Of a stretch of 64,000 nt of DNA, positions 9,459 through 18,198 are shown in pieces. Under the pieces are notes generated by a model. It was not told where the DNA came from and searched no databases. It was given only the letters and a program-made list of their open reading frames with translations. This stretch comes from a virus (lineage: Duplodnaviria; Caudoviricetes). The DNA is taken from the IMG/VR virus record IMGVR_UViG_3300025073_000989; one strand, 5' to 3'. Each line of letters opens with the position of its first letter. The first letter of the stretch is position 1. A program made the position numbers and the translations under genes.

Positions 9459-9641
9459 TACGCTCCGCCTTCCGTTACTAGTAGGCCTTAGCTTCGTACT
9501 AACCGCCTGTAGGACCAGGACATCACTCGCACCAACTACTTAGCTACGACTAAACAATCTTTTGTTCACGTAACTACACTTTCTTTTTTCCCGTCTTTTG
9601 AACCCCTTTATTACTTCACCTTTATAAGAAGGAGGAAAACA

Positions 9642-9998
9642 ATGCCATTATACACAGCACAATTTCGTTACTCAGGACCGGACAGATTGGACATAACCGT
9701 AAAATCCAGTAATGGGGCATTACGTATTTTCGCACCAACCTGGAAAATGGTTACAGACTACAAGAATCATGGAGATAAATTCTTCTATACAAGTATGTAC
9801 AACAGCCTTTTGTTGGCTGCTATAGAAAAACACAGAAACACATTTCAGCATCTTCACAACAAAGCTACTGAGGGAGATGCTACTTTAGTATGCTATTGTC
9901 CAGCAGAAAACTTCTGTCATCGTTTATTATTGGCAGAGTTTATGTACAAACATTTCGAAACAATATTGGGAGGAGAACGATGTTTAAAGAAACAGTAG
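9642..9998 (+). CDS. DUF488-like protein
   Basis: FAPTW...LVCYC...FCHR pattern; AAGGAGG RBS. Confidence 0.65.
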   Translation: MPLYTAQFRYSGPDRLDITVKSSNGALRIFAPTWKMVTDYKNHGDKFFYTSMYNSLLLAAIEKHRNTFQHLHNKATEGDATLVCYCPAENFCHRLLLAEFMYKHFETILGGERCLKKQ

Positions 9999-10201
9999 AC
10001 AAAGAAAACGTATGGCTCGGATTCAAGATAGTAATAGGCCTAATGTTTATAGTAGCGTTGTGGCCTATTATAGTAGCCATACTTACCTTCCTGTTCTGGC
10101 TTATGTTGTATACTATTTTATTTATAGTCATAACAGCAAGTGTTTTAATAGGCATGAGCTGCGTTGGTAAACTCTACCACAAATTAAAAGGAGCATTATG
10201 A
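9979..10201 (+). CDS. membrane protein
   Basis: GGAG + ATG at 9979 (MFKETV...) within track ORF 9890-10201; two TM segments. Confidence 0.6.
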
Positions 10202-10752
10202 AAACCATCTGTTTTACTGGACCAAGAAAAATATATGGGAGTTATTCCGGGTCTGAACATACACGGATATATCATAAGTTAATCGAGGTAGTAAAAAGAG
10301 CCTATAAAGGCGGATTCAACCATTTCATTTCCGGCGCCGCTTTGGGTATAGATACCTTAGCGGCAGAGGCGGTTTTGTATTCAATACAAAGCTTGTGGCT
10401 GCCCATAAAGCTCACGGTAGCTTTATCTCACAAGGACCACGGATCAAACTGGCCACGACCATCACAACAAAGACTTAGGTCCATATGCCATAGGACGGCC
10501 GCCACAAAAGGCGAAATTATAACAGTATCAGCAGGACCATTTCACAATGGTGTAGGAAACATAAGGAACTACTGGATGATAGACAGAAGTGACGCAGTAA
10601 TCGCAGTATGGGAAAATCCAAAAAAAGGGGGCACAAAGCACGCAGTAGAATATGCTTTCAAAAAAGGACTACCTATACTCTTGATAGATCCAATAACGCT
10701 GAACGAAATATGGAAACAACAACTCAACCTTAACAAAGGAGCCCGACATTGA
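10198..10752 (+). CDS. SLOG superfamily protein (YspA/DUF1273-like)
   Basis: ICFTGPR, FISGAALGIDTLAAE, RNYWMIDRSDAVIAVW, GGTKHAVEYA. Confidence 0.85.
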   Translation: MKTICFTGPRKIYGSYSGSEHTRIYHKLIEVVKRAYKGGFNHFISGAALGIDTLAAEAVLYSIQSLWLPIKLTVALSHKDHGSNWPRPSQQRLRSICHRTAATKGEIITVSAGPFHNGVGNIRNYWMIDRSDAVIAVWENPKKGGTKHAVEYAFKKGLPILLIDPITLNEIWKQQLNLNKGARH

Positions 10753-11183
10753 AAAACTGTAATCTTTTATACGATGTAATCACTGCTCATCTCTTATGGC
10801 TGGAAACAAGCGGTATTTCAGGGAAAAGGGCCGACCTTAAAGGGGCCGATCTTAGAGAGGCCAATCTAGAAGGGGCCGATCTTAGAGAGGCCAACCTTAT
10901 AGGGGCCAACCTGGACTTCTCTTCAGGAATTCCATTTCACTGCGAAGGTACAGGGGCTAAAGGCGATGACCACCTGTTTGCCCAAATGTTGTTCCATTTG
11001 ACCAGGCAGGATTGGTCGACGTGCTCAGAGGAAGTTAAGAAAATAGTTAAATCGATAAACAAAATAAAAAGCAATAACGGAAGAGCAGTTGACCTGTTCT
11101 GTAGATACAGGACGGATGTAGAAACCCAGAACACTTTTTCCCGTCTTTTGAGGACTCAAACAAAGGACCAAATCAAGTCCTAA
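10749..11183 (+). CDS. pentapeptide repeat protein, copy 2 (6 repeats, divergent C-terminus)
   Basis: Near-identical N-terminus and RBS to copies 1 and 3; TTG start. Confidence 0.88.
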   Translation: MKNCNLLYDVITAHLLWLETSGISGKRADLKGADLREANLEGADLREANLIGANLDFSSGIPFHCEGTGAKGDDHLFAQMLFHLTRQDWSTCSEEVKKIVKSINKIKSNNGRAVDLFCRYRTDVETQNTFSRLLRTQTKDQIKS

Positions 11184-11213
11184 CCAAAAAACCTTCATGA
11201 AGGAGACAACGAA

Positions 11214-12824
11214 ATGACTGAAGTAATTGAAGCTGAAGCAGCAGAAATACAAAAAGTGCCTGAGCAAGCACCAGAACCCACAGTTAACAAATGGTTTCCT
11301 GAATGCCAAGTTGCTATGTTCAGTACGCAACTGATAAGCTTAAAGCTGCTTAACATTTTCAGGTACATTCTCAACACACACAACGAACATGGGATAAACT
11401 CCGTAGTATTCAATACGAATATCCCAAGAAATGGCCTGGCTAACTTTGATCTGGAAACCAAGGCAATGGCAATAAACGTGGATGAACACGTGAAACTGGC
11501 TGGGAAGAAAATAACAGAATCTATACTGATGATGGAGATGGGCGCATCTGTCCAATCCTCTATGATCGCAACGTTTCTTCACGAACTTTATCACGCCGAA
11601 AAATATATGGACGCTGATGACCCATACAGCATCGATCACGACAAAGAAGACGAGGCCGCCGAGCATTTTGCCTGGTCAGAATTAATGGACCTGGCCGAGC
11701 ATATCAATATTGAACCGGCAGCAACCGGGGAAGAAAGTACATTCCTCCTATCTGCCATAACCATGTTTGAGCAAACACTCAATGCTCAAGAAAACGCAGA
11801 CGAAGACTGGTGCAAAGTATACCAGATAATAATCGACGAAAAACTGGTATACATGGACAGCGAAAAGAAACTGAGCAGCCTGCGCAACTTCTTCAGACGA
11901 GTAGTTACCGGTGAAGGAAAAGACGATAACTGGCCTGATGATGTCAGAGAAATAACCGAATCGATGTTCTCGGTACCTGACATCAATAAACCGGCCAAGA
12001 ATAATATAACCTTGGCAATGCCGACAATCGCTTCAACTGAATTACTACCGTCAGTGCCTGTAGTCACGGTACCAATAGCTACGCTGACAGAAACTACCTC
12101 AGAAATCACAACTCTTGATTATACCAACTACGTCGATTACGGAGACGATACTCCGACACATCAAGCATACCACAACGAATGCGGTCAAAGCGCAATTCCG
12201 GCAATGCTGGCTCAGCCTGCTCAAATATCCAACCCAGCCGCAGCACCAATACAAAACACAAACGTGCTGATAGCCGGACATACTTTGGCCGAATGGACAA
12301 ATTGTTTAGCTGAAGTATGTAAAAGGATGACCAGCACATTCTTCAACCAATGTGGGTTCAATCCAGGCATCGACAACGATCAGGGGTTCACCCAGCCGTC
12401 CAGCGTGTATGCCCCCATAGGTATTGCAGATATACCACTGGCAAAAGAATTACTGATTGAATATATTACCCATGATTCGGCCGGCAACAGAATACGAGTC
12501 GACATATGGAATCCGACTATGGCCGGCGTAAACCCTGGTGAAATCCGCGGTATAGTGTGGGATAAATCTCAAACAAACAGGACCTCGGACTTCCCACTTC
12601 CAGGTTATGATTTCTTCCTCAATTCAGCAGTAGTAGGTGAACATTGCCGAAGAACCTTGGCACCGCAAAACTGTAACAAACGCGGGACAAATGGTCAACT
12701 GAAAGCCTGGGCAAAACAAGCCAGGGCAGGAAAGAAGCTGGCAATGTTATTCAACGATAAAGTAGAGCAGAAAATCAGAATGATTATCGAAGACGGCGAA
12801 GTAAAAGTAAATCCGTTCGGGTAG
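11214..12824 (+). CDS. 536-aa protein with HExxH motif (possible metallopeptidase-like domain)
   Basis: FLHELYHAE; P/T/A-rich central linker; AAGGAG RBS. Confidence 0.55.
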   Translation: MTEVIEAEAAEIQKVPEQAPEPTVNKWFPECQVAMFSTQLISLKLLNIFRYILNTHNEHGINSVVFNTNIPRNGLANFDLETKAMAINVDEHVKLAGKKITESILMMEMGASVQSSMIATFLHELYHAEKYMDADDPYSIDHDKEDEAAEHFAWSELMDLAEHINIEPAATGEESTFLLSAITMFEQTLNAQENADEDWCKVYQIIIDEKLVYMDSEKKLSSLRNFFRRVVTGEGKDDNWPDDVREITESMFSVPDINKPAKNNITLAMPTIASTELLPSVPVVTVPIATLTETTSEITTLDYTNYVDYGDDTPTHQAYHNECGQSAIPAMLAQPAQISNPAAAPIQNTNVLIAGHTLAEWTNCLAEVCKRMTSTFFNQCGFNPGIDNDQGFTQPSSVYAPIGIADIPLAKELLIEYITHDSAGNRIRVDIWNPTMAGVNPGEIRGIVWDKSQTNRTSDFPLPGYDFFLNSAVVGEHCRRTLAPQNCNKRGTNGQLKAWAKQARAGKKLAMLFNDKVEQKIRMIIEDGEVKVNPFG

Positions 12825-12829
12825 CGATC

Positions 12830-13105
12830 ATGCTACCTATAACGGGATGGGTCTTCAAAATAGAAGGAGATAAAGTAGTTGTCAGAACAAAAGTAGGCAA
12901 CTTCCTAACAGCTCCAACAAAAACAATACTGGAGGAAGACAAAAATCTTCCGTACGGAACAAAAATACGGATAAACTTTAACCACAAATCAAACAAAATA
13001 AAAAACATAAAAAAAATGACAACACCAATAAAAGGGACCGTGGTTAAGGCCACGTGTTCTATGACAACAATAATATTAGGGGAGGATAATATAGAAAAAC
13101 TATAG
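12830..13105 (+). CDS. hypothetical OB/beta-barrel-like protein
   Basis: Directly follows 11214-12824; beta-strand-like composition. Confidence 0.55.
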   Translation: MLPITGWVFKIEGDKVVVRTKVGNFLTAPTKTILEEDKNLPYGTKIRINFNHKSNKIKNIKKMTTPIKGTVVKATCSMTTIILGEDNIEKL

Positions 13106-13183
13106 GACTAAAAGATTTTTTACCGACTTTTTGAAAACCAACTGAAAGGCCTCACTATTAACAATCCACAAGGAGATCACAAA

Positions 13184-14032
13184 ATGTCGAAAAAAAGTAT
13201 GGAACTAGTAACTCTAGCAGGCTGTCGTGTGGCCAAACGTCTGGATGAGCGCTTTCCGGGCATCTCATTTTCAGGAATCTACTACCCGGCGGAAGCAAAC
13301 GGTACATCAGCACGATTCGAGACCACCGTGGTGATTAATCGCGGTGACTATACCGACGCCACCGGCAAACGTGTAGAACGCGATCCCGATTACGCACGTC
13401 TGGTATTCTGGAACGGACGCGGCGCCGCTGCCGGCAAGGGTCTGGCAGATATCGCAGCAAAATGCCTGAGTCCCGGAAAAGAGATTTCCGTTATGGGAAA
13501 TGTCCACTCCTATATGGGAAGAGTGTTTTTCAAAGGCCAGCCCATGAATTTCCCCGATGGTACACCAATCGAAATCCAGAAAAATTCAATCACAATCATT
13601 CCGGGCAGCCTTCTACTCGGCGCCGACTCGGAAAAACAGGAAGACTTCGAAATCGCCAACTGGAATCGCCAGCCAGGCATATTCAGCTTCTTTGCACGAC
13701 CGGCCGGATGGGCCACACGCGGAACCCAGGATAACCAAACCTGGCAGGCCATTTCAGCCCAAAGAATGGCCACCGTCTACAACGGCGGAGATCACTACGG
13801 CTATGCCCTAATTCGCCGAAATCAAGCCAAAGCGGCGCCGCCCATCGTCGATATGAATACCCTGTCACCGCACGGCGTGGCTGCAGCAACAACACCGGTA
13901 TACACAGTACCCGGTCCAATATACCCAACCACAAGTAATGTACAGACTACCATTCCCTCCGCAGTAGCAGCAGGCCAACCGATCCCTGGAACGGTAGGTC
14001 AAGCAATCTACGCCGGCCAAGTACCTTTCTAA
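13184..14032 (+). CDS. ssb: single-stranded DNA-binding protein (SSB family) with long P/A-rich tail
   Basis: RLVFWNG...LADIAAKCLSPGKEISVMGNVHSY matches the SSB OB-fold pattern; ends in QVPF (SSB-like terminal PF). Confidence 0.75.
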   Translation: MSKKSMELVTLAGCRVAKRLDERFPGISFSGIYYPAEANGTSARFETTVVINRGDYTDATGKRVERDPDYARLVFWNGRGAAAGKGLADIAAKCLSPGKEISVMGNVHSYMGRVFFKGQPMNFPDGTPIEIQKNSITIIPGSLLLGADSEKQEDFEIANWNRQPGIFSFFARPAGWATRGTQDNQTWQAISAQRMATVYNGGDHYGYALIRRNQAKAAPPIVDMNTLSPHGVAAATTPVYTVPGPIYPTTSNVQTTIPSAVAAGQPIPGTVGQAIYAGQVPF

Positions 14033-14053
14033 CGTAAGAGCAACATCAAGCAG

Positions 14054-14096
14054 AAAAATATGGGCAGGGGAGAAATCCTCTGCCCATATTTTTTTA
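14054..14096. terminator. strong, likely bidirectional intrinsic terminator
   Basis: aaaaatatgggcagggga-gaaa-tcctctgcccatattttttt between convergent genes. Confidence 0.85.
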
Positions 14097-14559
14097 TAAA
14101 ATACGTTAGGAATAAGCATATGATACTACATATAAGCTATAACTCCCAAAAAAATTTACAAATAAAAATAACTACAATACAATTATACTTATTTATGAAC
14201 CGGCCAAAATTATTATATCGTACAAATTATCAACCAAGGGCAAAAATATCTCTAATGAACCGAACCTAAAATTGTATCTGAGATTAAAGGAAAATACATA
14301 ATGGAAAAATATATCTGCGGAACAAGTAGACGTACTTGTAAAATTCTGACAGGAATCCTTTTGATATTAATTTTAGCTGCTGCTGTTTTACCTTTATCAA
14401 CAATAATTATATTTTTTTTGAATAAATGCTAATTTATATATAAGTATATAGGTTAGTTTAATAATACAATTAAAATAGAATAAAAGTTTATACTTGCATG
14501 GGAAGAAAAGTATACTTCATATTCAGAAATAGTTTATATTGTTATAATTAATTTTTTGA

Positions 14560-15108
14560 TTATTCTTCCTCCTCCACTGCGTATTGTATACCTTTTCGAA
14601 TTAATAGTCTAAATGCTGCTGATTTAGATATATTTTCTTTTTCAGCATATACAGCTATTGCATTTAATTCATATTCACTTAATCTAACAGACATTAACTG
14701 TTTTTGTTCTTTTTTTATTACAACAGTCTCTGCAGTTTCATCTTTTATTATAATTTTGTCATTATATTTATATTTGTTGGGCTTAGCCTGCCAATTAGCA
14801 TCTCCAGGCTTTTCTACTTTATTTCTACCGCGCTTAAACATAGCATGTGTATTTTCCATAAAAGTTCCTAAATATAAATGATCTGGGTTTACACAACCAG
14901 GAGTAGCACACTTATGTAATACACATTTTCCTTCTGGAACATCTCCTACAAGTAATAGATAACTTGCTTTATGTGCATTTACTACTTTACTATTTAATCT
15001 AAATGAACCATAACGTTTAGCATTACTCCATAACCAGCACCCACTATCCATAATAGTAAACTTACCAAAGAAACACTTCAATGCCCTTTCTTTTTCTTCC
15101 TTTTCCAT
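14560..15108 (-). CDS. HNH endonuclease fused to a C-terminal ribbon-helix-helix-like domain
   Basis: CWLW...YG.F...AHKASY...VLHKCATPGCVNPDHLYLGT..EN; C-terminus MSVRLSEYELNAIAVYAEKENISKSAAFRLLIRKG. Confidence 0.85.
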   Translation of the reverse strand: MEKEEKERALKCFFGKFTIMDSGCWLWSNAKRYGSFRLNSKVVNAHKASYLLLVGDVPEGKCVLHKCATPGCVNPDHLYLGTFMENTHAMFKRGRNKVEKPGDANWQAKPNKYKYNDKIIIKDETAETVVIKKEQKQLMSVRLSEYELNAIAVYAEKENISKSAAFRLLIRKGIQYAVEEEE

Positions 15109-15130
15109 TTTGTAGTACCCCCCCCCTACT

Positions 15131-15555
15131 TAAAAAACGTAATACAAAAATTAGTTATACCCCATCTACAAAATGTAGAAGGTATTAAAAAACGTAATAC
15201 AAAAATTAGTTATACCCCATCTACAAAATGTAGAAGGTATTAAAAAACGTAATACAAAAATTAGTTATACCCCATCTACAAAATGTAGAAGGTATTAAAA
15301 AACGTAATACAAAAATTAGTTATACCCCATCTACAAAATGTAGAAGGTATTAAAAAACGTAATACAAAAATTAGTTATACCCCATCTACAAAATGTAGAA
15401 GGTATTAAAAAACGTAATACAAAAATTAGTTATACCCCATCTACAAAATGTAGAAGGTATTAAAAAACGTAATACAAAAATTAGTTATACCCCATCTACA
15501 AAATGTAGAAGGTATTAAAAAACGTAATACAAAAATTAGTTATACCCCATCTACA
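15131..15555. repeat. 55-bp tandem repeat x7 plus 40-bp partial, each with a dyad ATACC..TCTACA-AAA-TGTAGA..GGTAT
   Basis: Exact units start at 15131, 15186, 15241, 15296, 15351, 15406, 15461, 15516. Confidence 0.97.
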
Positions 15556-15870
15556 TTTTATTTAATTATATTTTATCTAATTTGTAGGATACCTATAATA
15601 TAATCATTTGTATTACAAAAACAAGCCTCCTACAAAAATAAATTATATAGTCTATATCTACCTTATTATAGAGCTAAATCACTGAATATGGTTCATATAG
15701 CCTATTTTCTATAACAAAATTAATAAATTGAATAACAAAGGGGTATAAAAATTAATAAAAAGAAGAATAAACTATGGGTATTGTATACTACTATATTAAA
15801 GCATCTAAACCCAATTTTACTCGCCGGCTAAAAGATAACTATATTAATAACTTATGTGAGGGACTAATCT

Positions 15871-16074
15871 ATGAGTAGAATATACAAAATGATTATAAGA
15901 AAATGCATGGACTGCCCAAGTTGTACGGATATAATAAATAAACCGTTCTGGAAAACGCCTTCTTCGAATTGGTGTTCTTTATCAAAAAGAAGCATATTCA
16001 ATATACAATCTTTTCCTGACTAGTGTAGCCTAGAAAAAGCAGTTTTCGATGAAAGAGCCAAAGCACGAAAATAA
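15871..16074 (+). pseudogene. small Cys-rich protein with one in-frame TAG (16021-16023)
   Basis: MSRIYKMIIRKCMDCPSC...QSFPD*CSLEKAVF...; GAGGG RBS. Confidence 0.6.
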
Positions 16075-16142
16075 TTATATTTGCATAGGGGTATTTTCGA
16101 TACCTAGTCTAATAAAATCAAATACTTACGAAGGATAAAATT

Positions 16143-16376
16143 ATGTCTTATTTAGAGAGTCTATATACACATTGGTACTTATCTTATTCCCTGTTAACTT
16201 TATTATTTGGTATTATTACTATAGTATTGTTTATGTTTTATACAACAGATGCAAAACGCTACTATAGTATATCGAATTCGACAAAAGAAGACCTATACCA
16301 AATAGTAACGGTCTTTTTAGTTTTACTTATTGTCTATATTATTTTTCCTGATCCAAGAGTATTGTTTCCTGATTAA
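16143..16376 (+). CDS. membrane protein
   Basis: Two TM helices; AAGGA RBS. Confidence 0.65.
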   Translation: MSYLESLYTHWYLSYSLLTLLFGIITIVLFMFYTTDAKRYYSISNSTKEDLYQIVTVFLVLLIVYIIFPDPRVLFPD

Positions 16377-16456
16377 ACTATTGATATGGTTATACTACTT
16401 TATGGTAGATGGTATGGTAGACTATGCTATTTCTATGCTAGAAAATATAGAACAGT

Positions 16457-16478
16457 GTCGATCGAAATTTCGATCGAC
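16457..16478. repeat. perfect 22-bp palindrome GTCGATCGAAATTTCGATCGAC
   Basis: Direct inspection; half-site TTCGATCGAC repeated at 16491-16500. Confidence 0.92.
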
Positions 16479-16540
16479 GAGTAAAGTGTCTTCGATCGAC
16501 TACTAGGGATATTGTAATACAAAATGTAATACATAAATAA

Positions 16541-16690
16541 GTATAGTATAGTATACCGCAATATAGTATACCGCAATATAGTATAGTATAGTAAAACAGT
16601 AATATACCGCAGTGTAGTAAACCGCAATATAGTATACAGTTATACAAGAGTATAGTATAAAGTAGTATACCGTAGTATAGTATAATATAT
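16541..16690. repeat. degenerate TATAGTA / ACCG(C/T)A simple-repeat tract
   Basis: Five ACCG(C/T)A cores embedded in tatagta repeats. Confidence 0.8.
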
Positions 16691-16875
16691 AATAAATCTA
16701 TAGTCTAGTAAATCAATCACATAATAAAATTAATAAGCATCAGTCTTGTCCTTTTTATAGTGATACTGGACTTAGTTGTAGTTCACCTGTTGGTAGTAGT
16801 AAGTTTGCTAATCCTTATGTTGATACAGTACCTTTAGGTTGTCTTTTACTTGATGAATGAGTATTAATCAAAGTT

Positions 16876-16921
16876 AAAAATTATGCCAACTAATCTTTTT
16901 AGCCCGGCAGAAAAATTTGAT
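16876..16921 (+). promoter_or_regulatory. candidate phage promoter/operator motif, copy 1
   Basis: aaaaattatgccaactaatctttttagcccggcagaaaaatttgat, paralleled at 17190-17236; upstream of a gene. Confidence 0.5.
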
Positions 16922-16975
16922 ATAAAGAGTATAAATACTTATTATTAAACATTAAATTATAAGGAGTATATTCTA

Positions 16976-17188
16976 ATGAAGTACTCTAAAAGAGTTTTAC
17001 TAGCAATTGAAGTACCTGAAGGAAATTTATGTTTTGGAAATGGACGTTGTTGCCAGTATTTTAATAATGAAGGAGATCATCCTGACTGTAAATTAAATTT
17101 AGATAGTAAAGAGAGTTTAAGCATAAATGAAGCTGGTGAAGTTAATAAGCCTGAAGTATGTAGAAAGCTATATGAATACATAGTATAA
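16976..17188 (+). CDS. small Cys-rich protein
   Basis: AAGGAG RBS. Confidence 0.7.
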   Translation: MKYSKRVLLAIEVPEGNLCFGNGRCCQYFNNEGDHPDCKLNLDSKESLSINEAGEVNKPEVCRKLYEYIV

Positions 17189-17189
17189 T

Positions 17190-17236
17190 AAAAATTATGC
17201 TAAATAATTCTTTTCGCGCGGGATGAAAAATTTAAT
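17190..17236 (+). promoter_or_regulatory. candidate phage promoter/operator motif, copy 2
   Basis: aaaaattatgctaaataattcttttcgcgcgggatgaaaaatttaat immediately before AAGGAG-ATG. Confidence 0.5.
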
Positions 17237-17253
17237 CAAATGAAGGAGTTATT

Positions 17254-17589
17254 ATGAAAACTGATAAGATAAAAGTAGGAGATATAGTAATTATTACGGA
17301 TAGAAGCTACGGTATGTCCAAAGTAGGGCGTAAGCTGGTTAAAGATTGTTTTCTCAGAGCATCATGACCTTCTTCAGAGCCGAGCACTACGAGCCACAAG
17401 TGCCGAGTAATGGAAATAGGAGGCCCTTTTCCTACCAACATGCTTTGTTATGATCAAGGTTTAGTTACACGTAAACCGCCAACGAATGATGTAAAGCTTA
17501 GCGTGATCGGAATTAAAGGAGTGGCTATCTATACCAATCTGAAATTCATAGTTAAGGCGCTTGAAATTCCAGAAAAAACCAAAAAATAA
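17254..17589 (+). pseudogene. hypothetical protein with one in-frame TGA (17365-17367)
   Basis: AAGGAG RBS, 112-codon frame broken only once. Confidence 0.65.
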
Positions 17590-17813
17590 TAAAGAAAAAG
17601 TGATTTAATAACCATTTGTAATTGTTACAAGTATTATACCTAGTATAATATTATATTAACTATATGTTATTATTAGCAAATTACAGTAATAGTATAGTAT
17701 AGTATATTAGAATGTTAAATAGAAATAAACTTAAGCAATTACAATAGGTTAATGCCTAATTTTTATAAAAAAATTAAATAGGTATTTGGAGAAAGAATTA
17801 CTAAGGAGCCAAC

Positions 17814-18011
17814 ATGAATACTATTATAATTAAGCGTCTGAACACAAAGTTGTATGTTTTCAAAGGGCAGGTCTATCAAAGTTTGGACCCAATTGACACA
17901 ATATGCCAAGAATTTTTCAAAGGTCAACCAGTCCAAATAACAGACGCAGATAAGCATGAAAAAGCTTTTTGGGGCTTCTCCATAAAAGATGGTACAGCAA
18001 CTATTATTTAA
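17814..18011 (+). CDS. hypothetical protein
   Basis: AAGGAG RBS. Confidence 0.65.
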   Translation: MNTIIIKRLNTKLYVFKGQVYQSLDPIDTICQEFFKGQPVQITDADKHEKAFWGFSIKDGTATII

Positions 18012-18198
18012 GGAAACAACCATGAAATACACAAGTTGACGGAAGAATCAAACTTGATCACTGTATAATCTGTAAAAATCCTATTTAGGGGGCACTATGG
18101 ACAACAATAGTTGAATACCAAAAGTCGGAGATATCTGCACACAGAAAAAGCAAAAAAGTATAAAATTAGGATCTCATCACTTTAATTATCTTATAGAT

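Noticed and set aside
13307-14119. Multiple overlapping ORFs inside the ssb gene
   Set aside because: Expected by chance in GC-rich sequence; no RBS or motifs
15131-15555. 55-bp array as a true CRISPR array
   Set aside because: All units are identical with no unique spacers and no cas genes in the window; kept only as a tandem repeat with a handle-like resemblance
16433-16647. Two minus-strand Tyr/Ile-rich ORFs
   Set aside because: Translations of the tatagta simple-repeat tract
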